DNA of 64,000 bases. Origin: an uncultured Solirubrobacteraceae bacterium. Lineage in GTDB: Bacteria > Actinomycetota > Thermoleophilia > Solirubrobacterales > Solirubrobacteraceae. This document shows positions 44,198 through 54,344 of this stretch, one piece after another. Position numbers and translations under genes: made by a program. Under the pieces are notes generated by a model. The model did not search any database and was not told the origin of the DNA. It worked only from the letters and a program-made list of their open reading frames with translations. The stretch's first letter is position 1, and each line of letters starts with the position of its first letter. The stretch is taken from positions 146,392-210,391 of the forward strand of contig CAWFWA010000013.1 in NCBI GenBank assembly GCA_963819435.1, given 5' to 3'.

Positions 44198-45214
44198 GTG
44201 GGAGATCGACGAGTCGTGAACGTAGCTTTTGACAGCCGTCCGATCAGCGATCCCCAGGGTGTCGGGCGCTACTCGCGCTGCATGTTGCAGGCGCTGCGCG
44301 AGACCGCCGACTCGGGAGCCCACATCGTTGAGACACCGCGACCGCGCCGCGCCGACGTGTTCCACGCGCCGTGGATGAGCGGCGCGCTGCTGCACAGCCC
44401 ATGTCCGATGGTCGTCACGCTGCACGACCTCACGGCACTGAAGCGACGTAGCGAGCTGCTGCGCACGGGGACGCGCCTGCGCCTGCGCCAGCTCGCGGTA
44501 CAGCGCGCCGTGCGCGTGATCGTGCCGACCGAGGCGCTGGCCAACGACGCGCTGGAGCACCTCGACCTCGAACCGCAGCAGATCGACGTGATCGCCGAGG
44601 CGCCGGCCGCGTGCATGTATCCGCGCAGCGGATACGAGATAGCCGAGACGCGCGCACGCTTCGAGTTGCCCGAGCGCTACCTGCTGTGGGTCGGCGGCCT
44701 GCGCCACCCCGATCCGGACAAGCACGTCGCCAAGCTCGCCGCGACGTCGCGCAAGCTGCCGCTCGTGCTCGTCGGGCAGACCAGTGCGTGGGCGCACGAG
44801 CTGCCCGGTGTGATCCTCACCGGGCACGTCTCCGACGACCACCTCGCCGCCCTGTACAGCGGTGCGCACGCGCTCGTGGTCGCCTCCCAGGACGAGGGCT
44901 TCGGCCTGCCGGCCGTTGAGGCGCTCGCGTGCGGCACACCGGTCGTCGCGTGCGAGGTTCCTGCGCTGCGCGAGGTGCTTGGCGCACGCGCGACATTCGT
45001 CGCGCCCGGCGACCTGCGCGCGCTGATCGCCGCCGCCGAGGCCGTCGAGCGCCCTGCCCCGCCGGCGCCGTCCTGGTCCTGGCAGGACGCGGCGCGCGCG
45101 ACGTGGCGCGTCTATGAGCGCGCGCTCGCCCAGGCCGACAGGCCGCGCATTACCGGCCGCCGGCTGCGCCGGCGCTCAACCGCCGGGCCCGAGCAGGCGT
45201 TCAGCGAGTCCTGA
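44198..45214 (+). CDS. Glycosyltransferase family 4 (mannosyl/rhamnosyltransferase-like)
   Basis: GVGRY, VVTLHDL, EGFGLPAVEALACGTPVV, WQDAARATWRVY. Confidence 0.88.
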   Translation: MGDRRVVNVAFDSRPISDPQGVGRYSRCMLQALRETADSGAHIVETPRPRRADVFHAPWMSGALLHSPCPMVVTLHDLTALKRRSELLRTGTRLRLRQLAVQRAVRVIVPTEALANDALEHLDLEPQQIDVIAEAPAACMYPRSGYEIAETRARFELPERYLLWVGGLRHPDPDKHVAKLAATSRKLPLVLVGQTSAWAHELPGVILTGHVSDDHLAALYSGAHALVVASQDEGFGLPAVEALACGTPVVACEVPALREVLGARATFVAPGDLRALIAAAEAVERPAPPAPSWSWQDAARATWRVYERALAQADRPRITGRRLRRRSTAGPEQAFSES

Positions 45215-45250
45215 GCGCCCCCACGCGTAGCGACCGCGCCGAGGGGCCGG

Positions 45251-46861
45251 TCAGTAGGCGCCGCGTCGCGAGAACACGGCGGGGATCGTCTTCAGCAGGA
45301 TCGTCAGGTCGAGCGCGAGCGACCAGTGCTCCAGGTAGATGAAGTCGAGGTGCACGAGGTCATCGAAGTCCAGCTCCGAACGCCCGGAGACCTGCCACAG
45401 GCCGGTGATGCCCGGTAGCACGAGGTAGCGCTTGCGGTGCCAGTCTTCGAGCATGTCGTAGTCGCGCTGGGGCAGTGGCCGCGGCCCGACGAGCGACATC
45501 TCGCCACGCAGCACGTTGATCAGCTGCGGCAGCTCGTCCAGCGAGAAGCGGCGCAGGAACGTGCCCACGCGCGTCAGTCGCGGATCGTCGCGGATCTTGA
45601 ACAGCGCGCCGGTGGCCTCGTTGAGCTCTTCCAGGTCTGCCTGCTGCTCCTCTGCGTCGGTGTGCATCGTGCGGAACTTCAGGCATGGGAAGGGGCGCTG
45701 GCCGATGCCGCGGCGTGTGGAGCGAAACAGCACGGGACCGCGCGAGGTGAAGCGCACCGCGACGACGATCGCCAGCAGCAGCGGGCTGAGCAGCACCAAC
45801 AGGATCGTCGCGCCGATCAGGTCGAACACGCGCTTGAGCGCGAAGTCGACGCCCTCGAACACAGGCGAGCTGAGCTCGAACAGCGGCACCGACTGGCCCG
45901 GGACGAACTCGGCGCGGTGGATCAGGATCTCCATCGTCGACGGCGCCAGGCGAACGCGTACACCGCGCTGGTGGCACTGGTCGACCAGCTCGACGGCATC
46001 CACCTGCGGGAAGTCGGGGTCGGCGATGATCACCTCGTCGATGTGTTCGGAGCCGAGCACAGCGTCGAGCTCATCCAGTGCGCCCAGGGCGCGCAGCCCG
46101 TTGCCGGGCAGTGCGTTGGGCGAGAGGAAGCCGACGACCTCGATCGGCGAGTGCGGCGCGTCTGAGAGCGCGTGCGCTACGTCTGCGATGTGCTTGCCCG
46201 TGCCGACGAGCACCGCACGGCGACGGTAGCCGGCGGCACGCAGCATCGCTCCGGTCAGCCACTCATAGCCGGCGCGAAACGACGACACGTAAAGCAGCGC
46301 GAATGCCAGCGAGCCGTAGAACAGGTAGTAGCTGGTGAAGTGTTCGCCGCTGACGACGGCGAACAGCAGCGCCACGAACGCCACCTGGAACAGCGAGCCG
46401 ACGATCCGCGACAGCCCGGGGCGCATCGAGCGCGCGGCATACAGGCCCGAGCGTGCGAACAGCAGCGCCGTGAGCAGGTATGCGAACGGCAGGATGCGTT
46501 CGGTTTCGTGGAGCGCCGGGTGAAACTGCACGCGATCGAACACCACGGCCTTGAGAATCAGCGCCGTGAAGATCGCCAGCGCGACCGCCACGAAGTCCAT
46601 CGCGAGCAGCGACACGACACGCGCGAGGCGGCGCGCGGTGGACATGCGCAGCAAAAACGAGAGCACAGGCGGGCGCTTTCGCCGCATGTCGCGATCGCCG
46701 GTCTGCTTGCGCGCCGTCACCTCCGAGAGCACCGCCTCCGGCGTCGCCGGGCGCCCAAGGATCGACGTCGCGCGCCCGAGCCTCGGCGGGGCGCCGGAGG
46801 TCGTGCGCGGCTTGGGCGGAGCGGGCGTGTGCGTGGAACGGGGTCCCATCTCACTGCTCAC
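45251..46861 (-). CDS. Polyprenyl-phosphate glycosylphosphotransferase #2
   Basis: KFRTM, FKIRDDPRLT, DELPQLINVLRGEMSLVGPRP, PGITGLWQVSGRS. Confidence 0.93.
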   Translation of the reverse strand: MSSEMGPRSTHTPAPPKPRTTSGAPPRLGRATSILGRPATPEAVLSEVTARKQTGDRDMRRKRPPVLSFLLRMSTARRLARVVSLLAMDFVAVALAIFTALILKAVVFDRVQFHPALHETERILPFAYLLTALLFARSGLYAARSMRPGLSRIVGSLFQVAFVALLFAVVSGEHFTSYYLFYGSLAFALLYVSSFRAGYEWLTGAMLRAAGYRRRAVLVGTGKHIADVAHALSDAPHSPIEVVGFLSPNALPGNGLRALGALDELDAVLGSEHIDEVIIADPDFPQVDAVELVDQCHQRGVRVRLAPSTMEILIHRAEFVPGQSVPLFELSSPVFEGVDFALKRVFDLIGATILLVLLSPLLLAIVVAVRFTSRGPVLFRSTRRGIGQRPFPCLKFRTMHTDAEEQQADLEELNEATGALFKIRDDPRLTRVGTFLRRFSLDELPQLINVLRGEMSLVGPRPLPQRDYDMLEDWHRKRYLVLPGITGLWQVSGRSELDFDDLVHLDFIYLEHWSLALDLTILLKTIPAVFSRRGAY

Positions 46862-46955
46862 AACGCTTCAGCCTGCCAGATGGAGCGGTCGCGTGACTGG
46901 CCGTCGGGGTCGCGTGACAGGCCTTCGGTGCCCGTCCGCCGGCGCGAGGCGCGAC

Positions 46956-47909
46956 TCAGTTGGAGCCGCCGCCGATCAGCAGCTCGACGCCCGACTGCTC
47001 GATCGTGCGTGCCAGGCCGTCGCGCAGCGACACCTCCGGTGACCAGCCGAGCAGCTCCTGCGCCAGCGAGATGTTCGGCTTGCGCTGCTTGGGATCGTCC
47101 TCGGGCAGCGCCTCGTAGATCAGCTCCGAGGTCGATGCGGTGAGCTCTTTGACGATCTCCGCCAGTTCCAGCAGCGTGAACTCATCGGGGTTGCCGACGT
47201 TCACCGGGTCGTGGTAGCCGGACTCGGCGAGCGCAATGATCCCGCGGATCAGATCGTCGACGTAGGTGAACGAGCGCGTCTGGCTGCCGTCGCCGAACAC
47301 CGTGATCGGCCGGTTTGCGAGTGCCTGGCGCAGGAACGTCGGTATCGCGCGGCCGTCGTGCGGACGCATGCGGCTGCCGTAGGTGTTGAAGATGCGCACG
47401 ATCGCCGTGTCCACGCCCTGCTGGCGGTGATAGGCCATCGTCAGCGCCTCGGCGTAGCGCTTGGCCTCGTCGTACACGCCGCGCGGACCGATCGGATTGA
47501 CGTGCCCCCAGTAGCTCTCCGACTGCGGGTGCTCCTTCGGATCGCCGTACACCTCGCTCGTCGACGCGATCAAGAAGCGAGCGCGCTTGGCCTTGGCCAG
47601 CCCGAGCGTGTGGTGGGTGCCGTAGGAGCCCACCTTGAGCGTGTGCAGCGGCAGGCGCAGATAGTCGATCGGCGACGCCGGCGAGGCCAGGTGATAGACG
47701 AAGTCGATCGGCTCGTCGATGAAGTACGGCTCGATGATGTCGATGCCCACGTGCAGGAACTTCTGCTCGTCGCGGATGTGCGCAATGTTCGCCAGCGAGC
47801 CGGTCTCGAAGTTGTCCACGCAGATCACCCTGTTGCCACGCGCGATCAGCTCGTCGCAAAGATGCGATCCGAGAAAGCCGGCGCCGCCGGTGACGAGACA
47901 GGTGGTCAT
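46956..47909 (-). CDS. UDP-glucuronate decarboxylase (UDP-xylose synthase) family SDR
   Basis: [48 protein letters not shown]. Confidence 0.9.
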   Translation of the reverse strand: MTTCLVTGGAGFLGSHLCDELIARGNRVICVDNFETGSLANIAHIRDEQKFLHVGIDIIEPYFIDEPIDFVYHLASPASPIDYLRLPLHTLKVGSYGTHHTLGLAKAKRARFLIASTSEVYGDPKEHPQSESYWGHVNPIGPRGVYDEAKRYAEALTMAYHRQQGVDTAIVRIFNTYGSRMRPHDGRAIPTFLRQALANRPITVFGDGSQTRSFTYVDDLIRGIIALAESGYHDPVNVGNPDEFTLLELAEIVKELTASTSELIYEALPEDDPKQRKPNISLAQELLGWSPEVSLRDGLARTIEQSGVELLIGGGSN

Positions 47910-48008
47910 CGCGCGGAGGATACTCAGGTCAACCCCGCCGGGTGAAACGCGGCTGTCGCGGCGCGGGCGCTCACCGGCCAGGCTCTGCGTGTCCTTATGA
48001 TCCGTGTG

Positions 48009-49641
48009 ATGGCCACGGCACCCGCACCGGATGAGGACCCCGACCACCTGACCGTCGCGCCGATCGTCGGCCCCGACGACCCGCGGCGCTTCACCGACTC
48101 GGGCATCGAGATCTCAGAGCTCTACACCGAGGACGACGTGCCCGCCGAGCTGGACCTCGGCGAGTCCCGGAGAGTTCCCGTACGCACGCGGCGTGCACCG
48201 CGAGATGTACCGCAAGCAGACGTGGACGATGCGCCAGTACGCCGGGTACGCCTCGGCAAAGGAGTCCAACGAGCGCTACCGCTACCTGCTCTCCAAGGGC
48301 TCGACGGGGCTGTCGATGGCCTTCGACCTGCCCACGCAGCTCGGCCTGGACTCCGACAACCCGCGCTGCCTGGGCGAGGTCGGCCGGACGGGCGTGGCGA
48401 TCGACACGATCGACGACATGCGCACGGCCTTCGACGGCATCCCGCTCGACCAGGTCTCCACGTCGATGACGATCAATGCGCCGGCCGCGTGCCTGCTGCT
48501 GCTGTACGAGCTGGTCGGCGAGGAGCAGGGCGTGCCGTCAGAGCAGCTGCGCGGGACGACCCAGAACGACGTGCTCAAGGAGTACATCGCGCGCGGCAAC
48601 TACATCTACCCGCCGCAGCCGACGATGCGCCTGACGACCGACCTGTTCCAGTACTGCCACGAGAACGTGCCCAAGTGGAACACGATCTCGATCTCCGGCT
48701 ATCACTTCCGCGAGAAGGGCTGCTCGGCGGTGCAGGAGGTCGCGTTCACGCTGTCTTCGGGGATCGCCTATGTCGAAGCGGCGATCGAGTCCGGGCTGTC
48801 GGTCGACGAGTTCGCGCCGCGGCTGGCGTTCTTCTTCAACGGCCACAACAACGTCTTTCAGGAGGTCGCCAAGTTCCGCGCCGCCCGGCGCATGTGGGCG
48901 CACATCATGAAAGACCGCTTCGGCGCGACCAATCCGAAGGCGACGATGCTGCGCTTCCACACGCAGACCGGCGGCGTCACGCTGACCGCCCAGCAGCCCG
49001 AGAACAACATCGTGCGAGTGGCCCTGCAGGGCTTCGCCGCGGTGTGCGGCGGCACGCAATCGCTGCACACCAACGGCTTTGACGAGGCGCTCGCACTGCC
49101 CACCGAGCGAGCCGCAAAAATCGCGCTGCGCACCCAGCAGGTGCTCGCGCACGAGTCGGGTGCCGCCGACACGGTCGACCCGTTCGCCGGCTCCTACTTC
49201 GTCGAGTCGCTGACCGACGAGATCGAACAGCGCGCCAACGAGCTGATCGCCAAGGTCGACACGCTCGGCGGCTCGGTCAACGCGATCCAGTTCATCACCG
49301 GCGAGATCGACGAGTCGGCGTGGGGATATCAGGAGCGCTACCGCATCGGCCAGGACATCGTGGTCGGCGTCAACAAGTACGAGGAAGAGGGCGTCGAGGT
49401 TCCCGACCTGCTGCGCGTCGACCCGCAGTCCGAGCGCGAACAGCTCGACCGGCTGGCCAAGTTCAAGGCCGAGCGCGACCTCGCGCTTGCCGAGCAGCGC
49501 CTGGAGCAGCTGCGCGAGGTCGCCCGCGGCAGCGACAACCTGCTGCCGGCCATCCGCCAGGCGCTGAAGGACCGTTGCTCGGTAGGCGAGGTGTGCGGCG
49601 CGATGCAGGACGTGTTCGGCAAGTACGCGCCGACGTTCTGA
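48009..49641 (+). CDS. Methylmalonyl-CoA mutase, stand-alone substrate-binding large subunit; one frameshift near 48170
   Basis: [57 protein letters not shown]; no DxHxxG B12 domain. Confidence 0.92.
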
Positions 49642-49691
49642 GCGCCCGCGCGATCTGCGCGTCCGCCCGCTCGTGCGGCTAGGGTGCGCGC

Positions 49692-50201
49692 ATGCTCATC
49701 CCCGCCGTCACCTTCTACACGTTCGCACTGGCCGTGCACATCGCTGCGATTGTGATCGCCTTCGGCGTGACGTTCGCCTACCCGGTGATGTACGCCGTGG
49801 GCATCCGTTCCGAGCCGCGCTCGATGCCCGGGCTGCACCGCATTCAGGACGCGGTCGGCAAGTTCGTCATCTCGCCGTTTCTTGGTCTCGCCCTGCTCGC
49901 CGGCATCTATCTGGCAAGCAAACTGCACAGCTGGAGCGACTTCTACGTGCAGTGGGGGCTCGCGGTGATCATCCTGCTGGGTGGACTGGGCGGCGCGTTC
50001 TTCGCGCCACGCGAGCGCCGCCTGGCGGAGCTGGCCGAGCGCGACCTGAGCGCCGCGGGCGATGCCACGACGGCCGACAGCGGCTTCGCGTTCGGGGCTG
50101 AGTACAAAGCGCTGCGCCAGCTGGTGTTCCGAGTGAACGTGGGCGCCAACGTGCTCGTGCTGCTGACGATCTACTTCATGACGGCGCAGACCGGCGCCTG
50201 A
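49692..50201 (+). CDS. 4-TM membrane protein (DUF2269-like)
   Basis: AVHIAAIVIAFG first helix, GIYL, IYFMT final helix. Confidence 0.7.
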   Translation: MLIPAVTFYTFALAVHIAAIVIAFGVTFAYPVMYAVGIRSEPRSMPGLHRIQDAVGKFVISPFLGLALLAGIYLASKLHSWSDFYVQWGLAVIILLGGLGGAFFAPRERRLAELAERDLSAAGDATTADSGFAFGAEYKALRQLVFRVNVGANVLVLLTIYFMTAQTGA

Positions 50202-50321
50202 GCAGCTCGGCGCTGCGCCGCAATCGATCGCTCGATCAGCTCGACGTGCTGCTCAGACATCGCCGCTTCAGTATCGCGCGCGTTGTTTTTTTGCGCGTCC
50301 GCTCGATACGCTGAGCAAACT

Positions 50322-51377
50322 ATGAGCGAGGGCTATCGAGTCGCTGTCGTCGGCGCCACCGGGCAGGTCGGCACGCTGCTGCTGAAACTGCTGCGCGAGC
50401 GCGCATTTCCGGCGACGGAGATCGTGCCGTTCGCGTCAGAGCGATCGGTCGGTCGCGAGCTGGACGGCGGCCTGGTCGTACAGAGCCTCAGCGAGACCTC
50501 GATACAGGGCTTCGATCTGGCGATCTTTTCTGCCGGCGGCGCGACATCGGGCGAGTGGGCCCCGCGCTTTGCCGAGGCAGGGGCGGTCGTCGTCGACAAC
50601 TCCTCGCGTTGGCGGATGAGCGAGGACGTGCCGCTGGTCGTCGCCGAGGTCAACCCGCAGGCGCTCGACGGCCATGCCGGAATCGTCGCCAACCCGAACT
50701 GCTCGACCATGCAGATGGTCGTGGCGCTGAAGCCGCTGCACGACGAGGCGGGAATCGAGCGATTGGTGATCAGCACCTACCAGGCCGTGTCTGGCACGGG
50801 CAAGGCCGCAGTGGACGAGTTGCTCGACCAGTCGCACGCGCTACTGCACGAGCAGGCGATCGGGACGCCCTCGTCCTACGCCCACCAGATCGCCTTCAAT
50901 GCGTTGCCGCATGCCGGCAACTTCGCGCCAGGAGACGATCACACCGACGAGGAGCGCAAGCTGATCAACGAGACGCGCAAGATCCTCGGCGACGAGCAGA
51001 TCGCCATCTCTGCGACGTGCGTGCGCGTGCCGGTGGTCAACGGACACTCCGAGGCGGTCAATGTGCAGACGCGCGGAGAGCTTTCGCCCGAGCGCGCGCG
51101 GGAGCTGCTTGGCGCCGCGCCCGGCGTGACGGTGCTCGACGACCCTGACGCGGCGCTGTACCCACTGGCGATCGACGCGACCGGACACGACGAAGTGTTC
51201 GTCGGGCGCATCCGCCGCGACGCCGGTCACGAGCGCGCGCTGGACCTGTGGATCGTCGCCGACAACCTGCGTAAGGGCGCCGCGACAAATGCCGTGCAGC
51301 TCGCCGAGCTGCTGCACGCACGTGGCCTGCTCAACACCCGCTCGGGTGCTGTCGGCGCCGCCACGTCCGCCTCCTAG
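50322..51377 (+). CDS. asd: Aspartate-semialdehyde dehydrogenase
   Basis: VGATGQVG, DNSSRWRM, ANPNCST, STYQAVSG, CVRVPV..GHSE, DNLRKGAA. Confidence 0.97.
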   Translation: MSEGYRVAVVGATGQVGTLLLKLLRERAFPATEIVPFASERSVGRELDGGLVVQSLSETSIQGFDLAIFSAGGATSGEWAPRFAEAGAVVVDNSSRWRMSEDVPLVVAEVNPQALDGHAGIVANPNCSTMQMVVALKPLHDEAGIERLVISTYQAVSGTGKAAVDELLDQSHALLHEQAIGTPSSYAHQIAFNALPHAGNFAPGDDHTDEERKLINETRKILGDEQIAISATCVRVPVVNGHSEAVNVQTRGELSPERARELLGAAPGVTVLDDPDAALYPLAIDATGHDEVFVGRIRRDAGHERALDLWIVADNLRKGAATNAVQLAELLHARGLLNTRSGAVGAATSAS

Positions 51378-51392
51378 CTGCTCGCTCTGGAC

Positions 51393-51411
51393 CCGGCCGG
51401 CTTTCGGCCGG
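51393..51411. terminator. Hairpin between convergent asd and HD-GYP genes
   Basis: CCGGCCG-GCTTT-CGGCCGG inverted repeat. Confidence 0.5.
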
Positions 51412-51433
51412 CACGGATGAGCGCTGCCGGTGC

Positions 51434-52942
51434 CTAGACGACGCGCCCGATGCGCCGGCCCAGCCGGCCGGCGTCGGCACGCGGGGCGTGCCGATCGACG
51501 TGGTCGAGCACCTCACCGCGCCGGCGCGAGAGCGTCGGCGAGGGGCGCATGCTGAAGATCGCCAGCCCGTCGTCGGCGGGCGGGGCGTCGATGTCGTCGC
51601 AAAGGGTCTCCAGTTCGGGGCGCAGCGCGAGGAAGGCTGCAACGACACGCGGGTCGAAGTGGCCGCCCGCGGAGCGCTCGATCTCTGCGCAGGCGCGCTC
51701 GATCGGCCACGCCTGCTTGTACGGACGGTCGTGGGTGAGCGCGTCGAAGACGTCGGCGACGGCGACGATGCGCCCGGCGAGCGGGATCGAATCCCCCGAC
51801 ATGCCCGTCGGATAGCCCGTGCCATCCCAGCGCTCGTGGTGGGTCGCGGCGATCACCGCCGCGGTCTGCAGCACGCGCGAGCTGCCGCTGGAGAGTAGCC
51901 GCGCGCCCAGCTCGGCATGCGTCTTCATCACCGCGAACTCATCCTCGGTGAGCTTGCCTGGCTTGAGCAGGATGCAGTCGGGAATCGCCAGCTTGCCGAC
52001 GTCGTGCAGCGGCGCGGCCTGGCGCACCAGCGTGACCTGTCCGGCCGGGAGCTCCAGCGCTAGCGCCAGCCGCGCGGCGATGTGGCCGACGCGCTCGGTG
52101 TGCTGATAGGTCTCGTCGTCGCGATACTCGGCTGCGATCGCCAGCTGGCGCAGGGTCTCCGCGCGCGTGTGGTCGAGCTCGCGCGTGCGCTCCTCGACGA
52201 GCTTTTCCAGGGCCTTGGCGCTGTCGGCGAGCTGCTCTTCGGCGTCGTGCTGGGCGGTCACGTCACGGGCGATCGCGTGAATCACGCCCTCTGACAGCGA
52301 CGCCGAGGCGCTCCATTCCAGCCATCGATAGCTGCCGTCGGCTGCGCGGTAGCGGTTGCGAAAGCCGATCGTGTCACGCGCGTTCGCCAGACCGGCGGTC
52401 TCGGCGATCGTCATCTCGCGATCGTCGGGGTGCACGAACTCGATGAACGGCCTGGCGCACAGCTGCTCGGCGGTGTAGCCGAACAGACGCTCCCACGCGG
52501 GGTTGACACGCGTGAAGTAACCGTCCATGTCGGCCGTCGTCAGCAGGTCGAGCGAGGCGTCGTAGTAGCGGCTGACCTCCGCCTCCAGCTTGCGGCGGCG
52601 GTCTACGAAGTCGCCCAGCAGCATCGCCAGCGCGACGATCGTCAGAGCGCGCGTGGCATACCCGAGCGTCGTGACGTGCACATCGTCGATCAGCCCCCAG
52701 GCGCCTGTCAGTGCCAGCGCCACCAGCGCACCCGACACGCCGCCGCGCAACCCGAACCGCAACGCCAGCATGCCGACCGGGATCACAAACAGCGCTCCCT
52801 CTGCGTTGCCCGCGTTGGTGTCGATCACGCGCGCAACGAAGATCAGGGCAAAGGCGATCGACGCCACGGCCAACGTCGACCGGGTGGTGGACGGCCATCG
52901 ACGCAGCTCGCGCAACTGCGTCAGGTGCGGGGGAGACAGCAT
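51434..52942 (-). CDS. Membrane-anchored PAS + HD-GYP phosphodiesterase (probable c-di-GMP hydrolase)
   Basis: N-terminal TMs; PAS (VNPAW, FVHPDD); HTERV, LHDVGK, HHERWDGTGYP, DVFDALT..RPYK. Confidence 0.9.
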   Translation of the reverse strand: MLSPPHLTQLRELRRWPSTTRSTLAVASIAFALIFVARVIDTNAGNAEGALFVIPVGMLALRFGLRGGVSGALVALALTGAWGLIDDVHVTTLGYATRALTIVALAMLLGDFVDRRRKLEAEVSRYYDASLDLLTTADMDGYFTRVNPAWERLFGYTAEQLCARPFIEFVHPDDREMTIAETAGLANARDTIGFRNRYRAADGSYRWLEWSASASLSEGVIHAIARDVTAQHDAEEQLADSAKALEKLVEERTRELDHTRAETLRQLAIAAEYRDDETYQHTERVGHIAARLALALELPAGQVTLVRQAAPLHDVGKLAIPDCILLKPGKLTEDEFAVMKTHAELGARLLSSGSSRVLQTAAVIAATHHERWDGTGYPTGMSGDSIPLAGRIVAVADVFDALTHDRPYKQAWPIERACAEIERSAGGHFDPRVVAAFLALRPELETLCDDIDAPPADDGLAIFSMRPSPTLSRRRGEVLDHVDRHAPRADAGRLGRRIGRVV

Positions 52943-53200
52943 GCATCCGTATCGTCGGTTGCGCCAGAAAACACAACCACCGGAATTGCAATTTGACGCT
53001 GGACACCGAGCATCCGCCGCGTTCGGGGGCCGTTTTCGCGGTGTTTTCCGGTTGTTCAGCGAGCGACTCGCCCGCGACGGCCTGCTCGGCTGCGCCGTCG
53101 AGGCGGCAAAGCGCACTGGACGTCTGTACGAGCGACCGCCGGACCGCAGCGCGCCGCCCAGGCAGGAGGACTAGCGCGCTGTCGCGCGAAGTGAGCAGCG

Positions 53201-54292
53201 ATGATCTCCTCGGAGGTGCAGCGCACGCTCGTCAAGTCTCCGCCGGAGCTGTGGGCGGAGATCAGCGATCCAACCTCGCTCGCTCGCCATCTGGGCGAGT
53301 TCGGCGAGATCCACATCACGCGCGTGGAGCCAGAGCAGCGCGTCGAGTGGGAGGCCGACGATGCGAGTGGCAGCGTCGTCATCAAGCCCTCCGGCTGGGG
53401 CACCAAGGTCAAGCTGACGGTCACTCGCGAGCTGCCGGACGGCGTCGTCCAGGTCCTCGATGACGCCGGTTCCGGCTCGCTGGAGGATGCCGGCGCGGAC
53501 GAAGACGAGGCCGCCGGCGAGGCGATCGTCGAAATGCTGGAGGCCGCGCCGCGCGAGGCTGAGCGCCCGCCGGAGCTCCCCAGCGCACAGCTGCGACAAG
53601 ACTTCGCGCCCGGCACACGCATCGCGCCGGAGCAGCTGCCGCAGGACGACGAGCACGACTACGACGGGGACCAGGACGAGTCAGACGGGCGCGCGGCGGG
53701 CGAGTCCCCGCTCTCGCTCGAGGACGAGTTGTTGGAGGGCCTCGACGCACGCGAGCCGGACGAGGAGCCCGACGCCGAGCCCGCACCGCAACCACGCCGC
53801 GGGTTCTTGGCGCGTTGGTTTGCCCGCCGGCGCCCGCAGGCCGCCGTCGCAGTCGCACCACCCGACCAGCCCATGCCCGCCCGGCCGACCACCGACGATC
53901 AGGCGCACGCCCCCGCGCCGCGCTACAACGCGCTCGCGGCTTGGGCCTCGCAGGCCGCAGACGAGGACGAGCGGGGTGCCGCCGCGTCCCTCGCAGGGGC
54001 CGATCTGACGCCCTGCGGCGCGCCCTCCGAGGAGCTCGGCGAGGATCCGTCGGATGCCCTGGAGCGCGAGCCCACCGCAGGAGCCGACGCGGCCGCGGGG
54101 ACGAGCGCCCCGCCGGACACATCCGGCGCACCGGAGAACGACGGCGCACGACCCGAAGTCGCCGCGGCGGACGACCTGTCGGCCGAGCTGCAGGCCGCCG
54201 AAGAGGTCGCCGTCGAGCAGGTCACGGCCGTGCTGAGCGGCGTGCTCGACCGCCTCGGCGCAGCGCATCACCGGCCGTTCTCACGGGCCTGA
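53201..54292 (+). CDS. Hypothetical protein: SRPBCC/START-like N-terminus, long acidic low-complexity region, C-terminal helix
   Basis: RTLVKSPPELWAEISDP..W..GTKVKLT; D/E/P/A-rich middle; VLSGVLDRLGAAHHRPFSRA. Confidence 0.7.
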   Translation: MISSEVQRTLVKSPPELWAEISDPTSLARHLGEFGEIHITRVEPEQRVEWEADDASGSVVIKPSGWGTKVKLTVTRELPDGVVQVLDDAGSGSLEDAGADEDEAAGEAIVEMLEAAPREAERPPELPSAQLRQDFAPGTRIAPEQLPQDDEHDYDGDQDESDGRAAGESPLSLEDELLEGLDAREPDEEPDAEPAPQPRRGFLARWFARRRPQAAVAVAPPDQPMPARPTTDDQAHAPAPRYNALAAWASQAADEDERGAAASLAGADLTPCGAPSEELGEDPSDALEREPTAGADAAAGTSAPPDTSGAPENDGARPEVAAADDLSAELQAAEEVAVEQVTAVLSGVLDRLGAAHHRPFSRA

Positions 54293-54344
54293 TCCGGCGC
54301 ACAGGCGGCCTTCACCTGCGGTGCGCGGATAACATCCGCGCCCG

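Noticed and set aside
48150-48195. Programmed frameshift in the mutase (also considered for cysN and gmd)
   Set aside because: No slippery heptamer or stimulatory structure seen; the window has many sporadic indels consistent with sequencing error
52943-53200. Possible c-di-GMP riboswitch beside the HD-GYP gene (GGCAAAGC)
   Set aside because: No GNRA tetraloop/receptor two-stem architecture found
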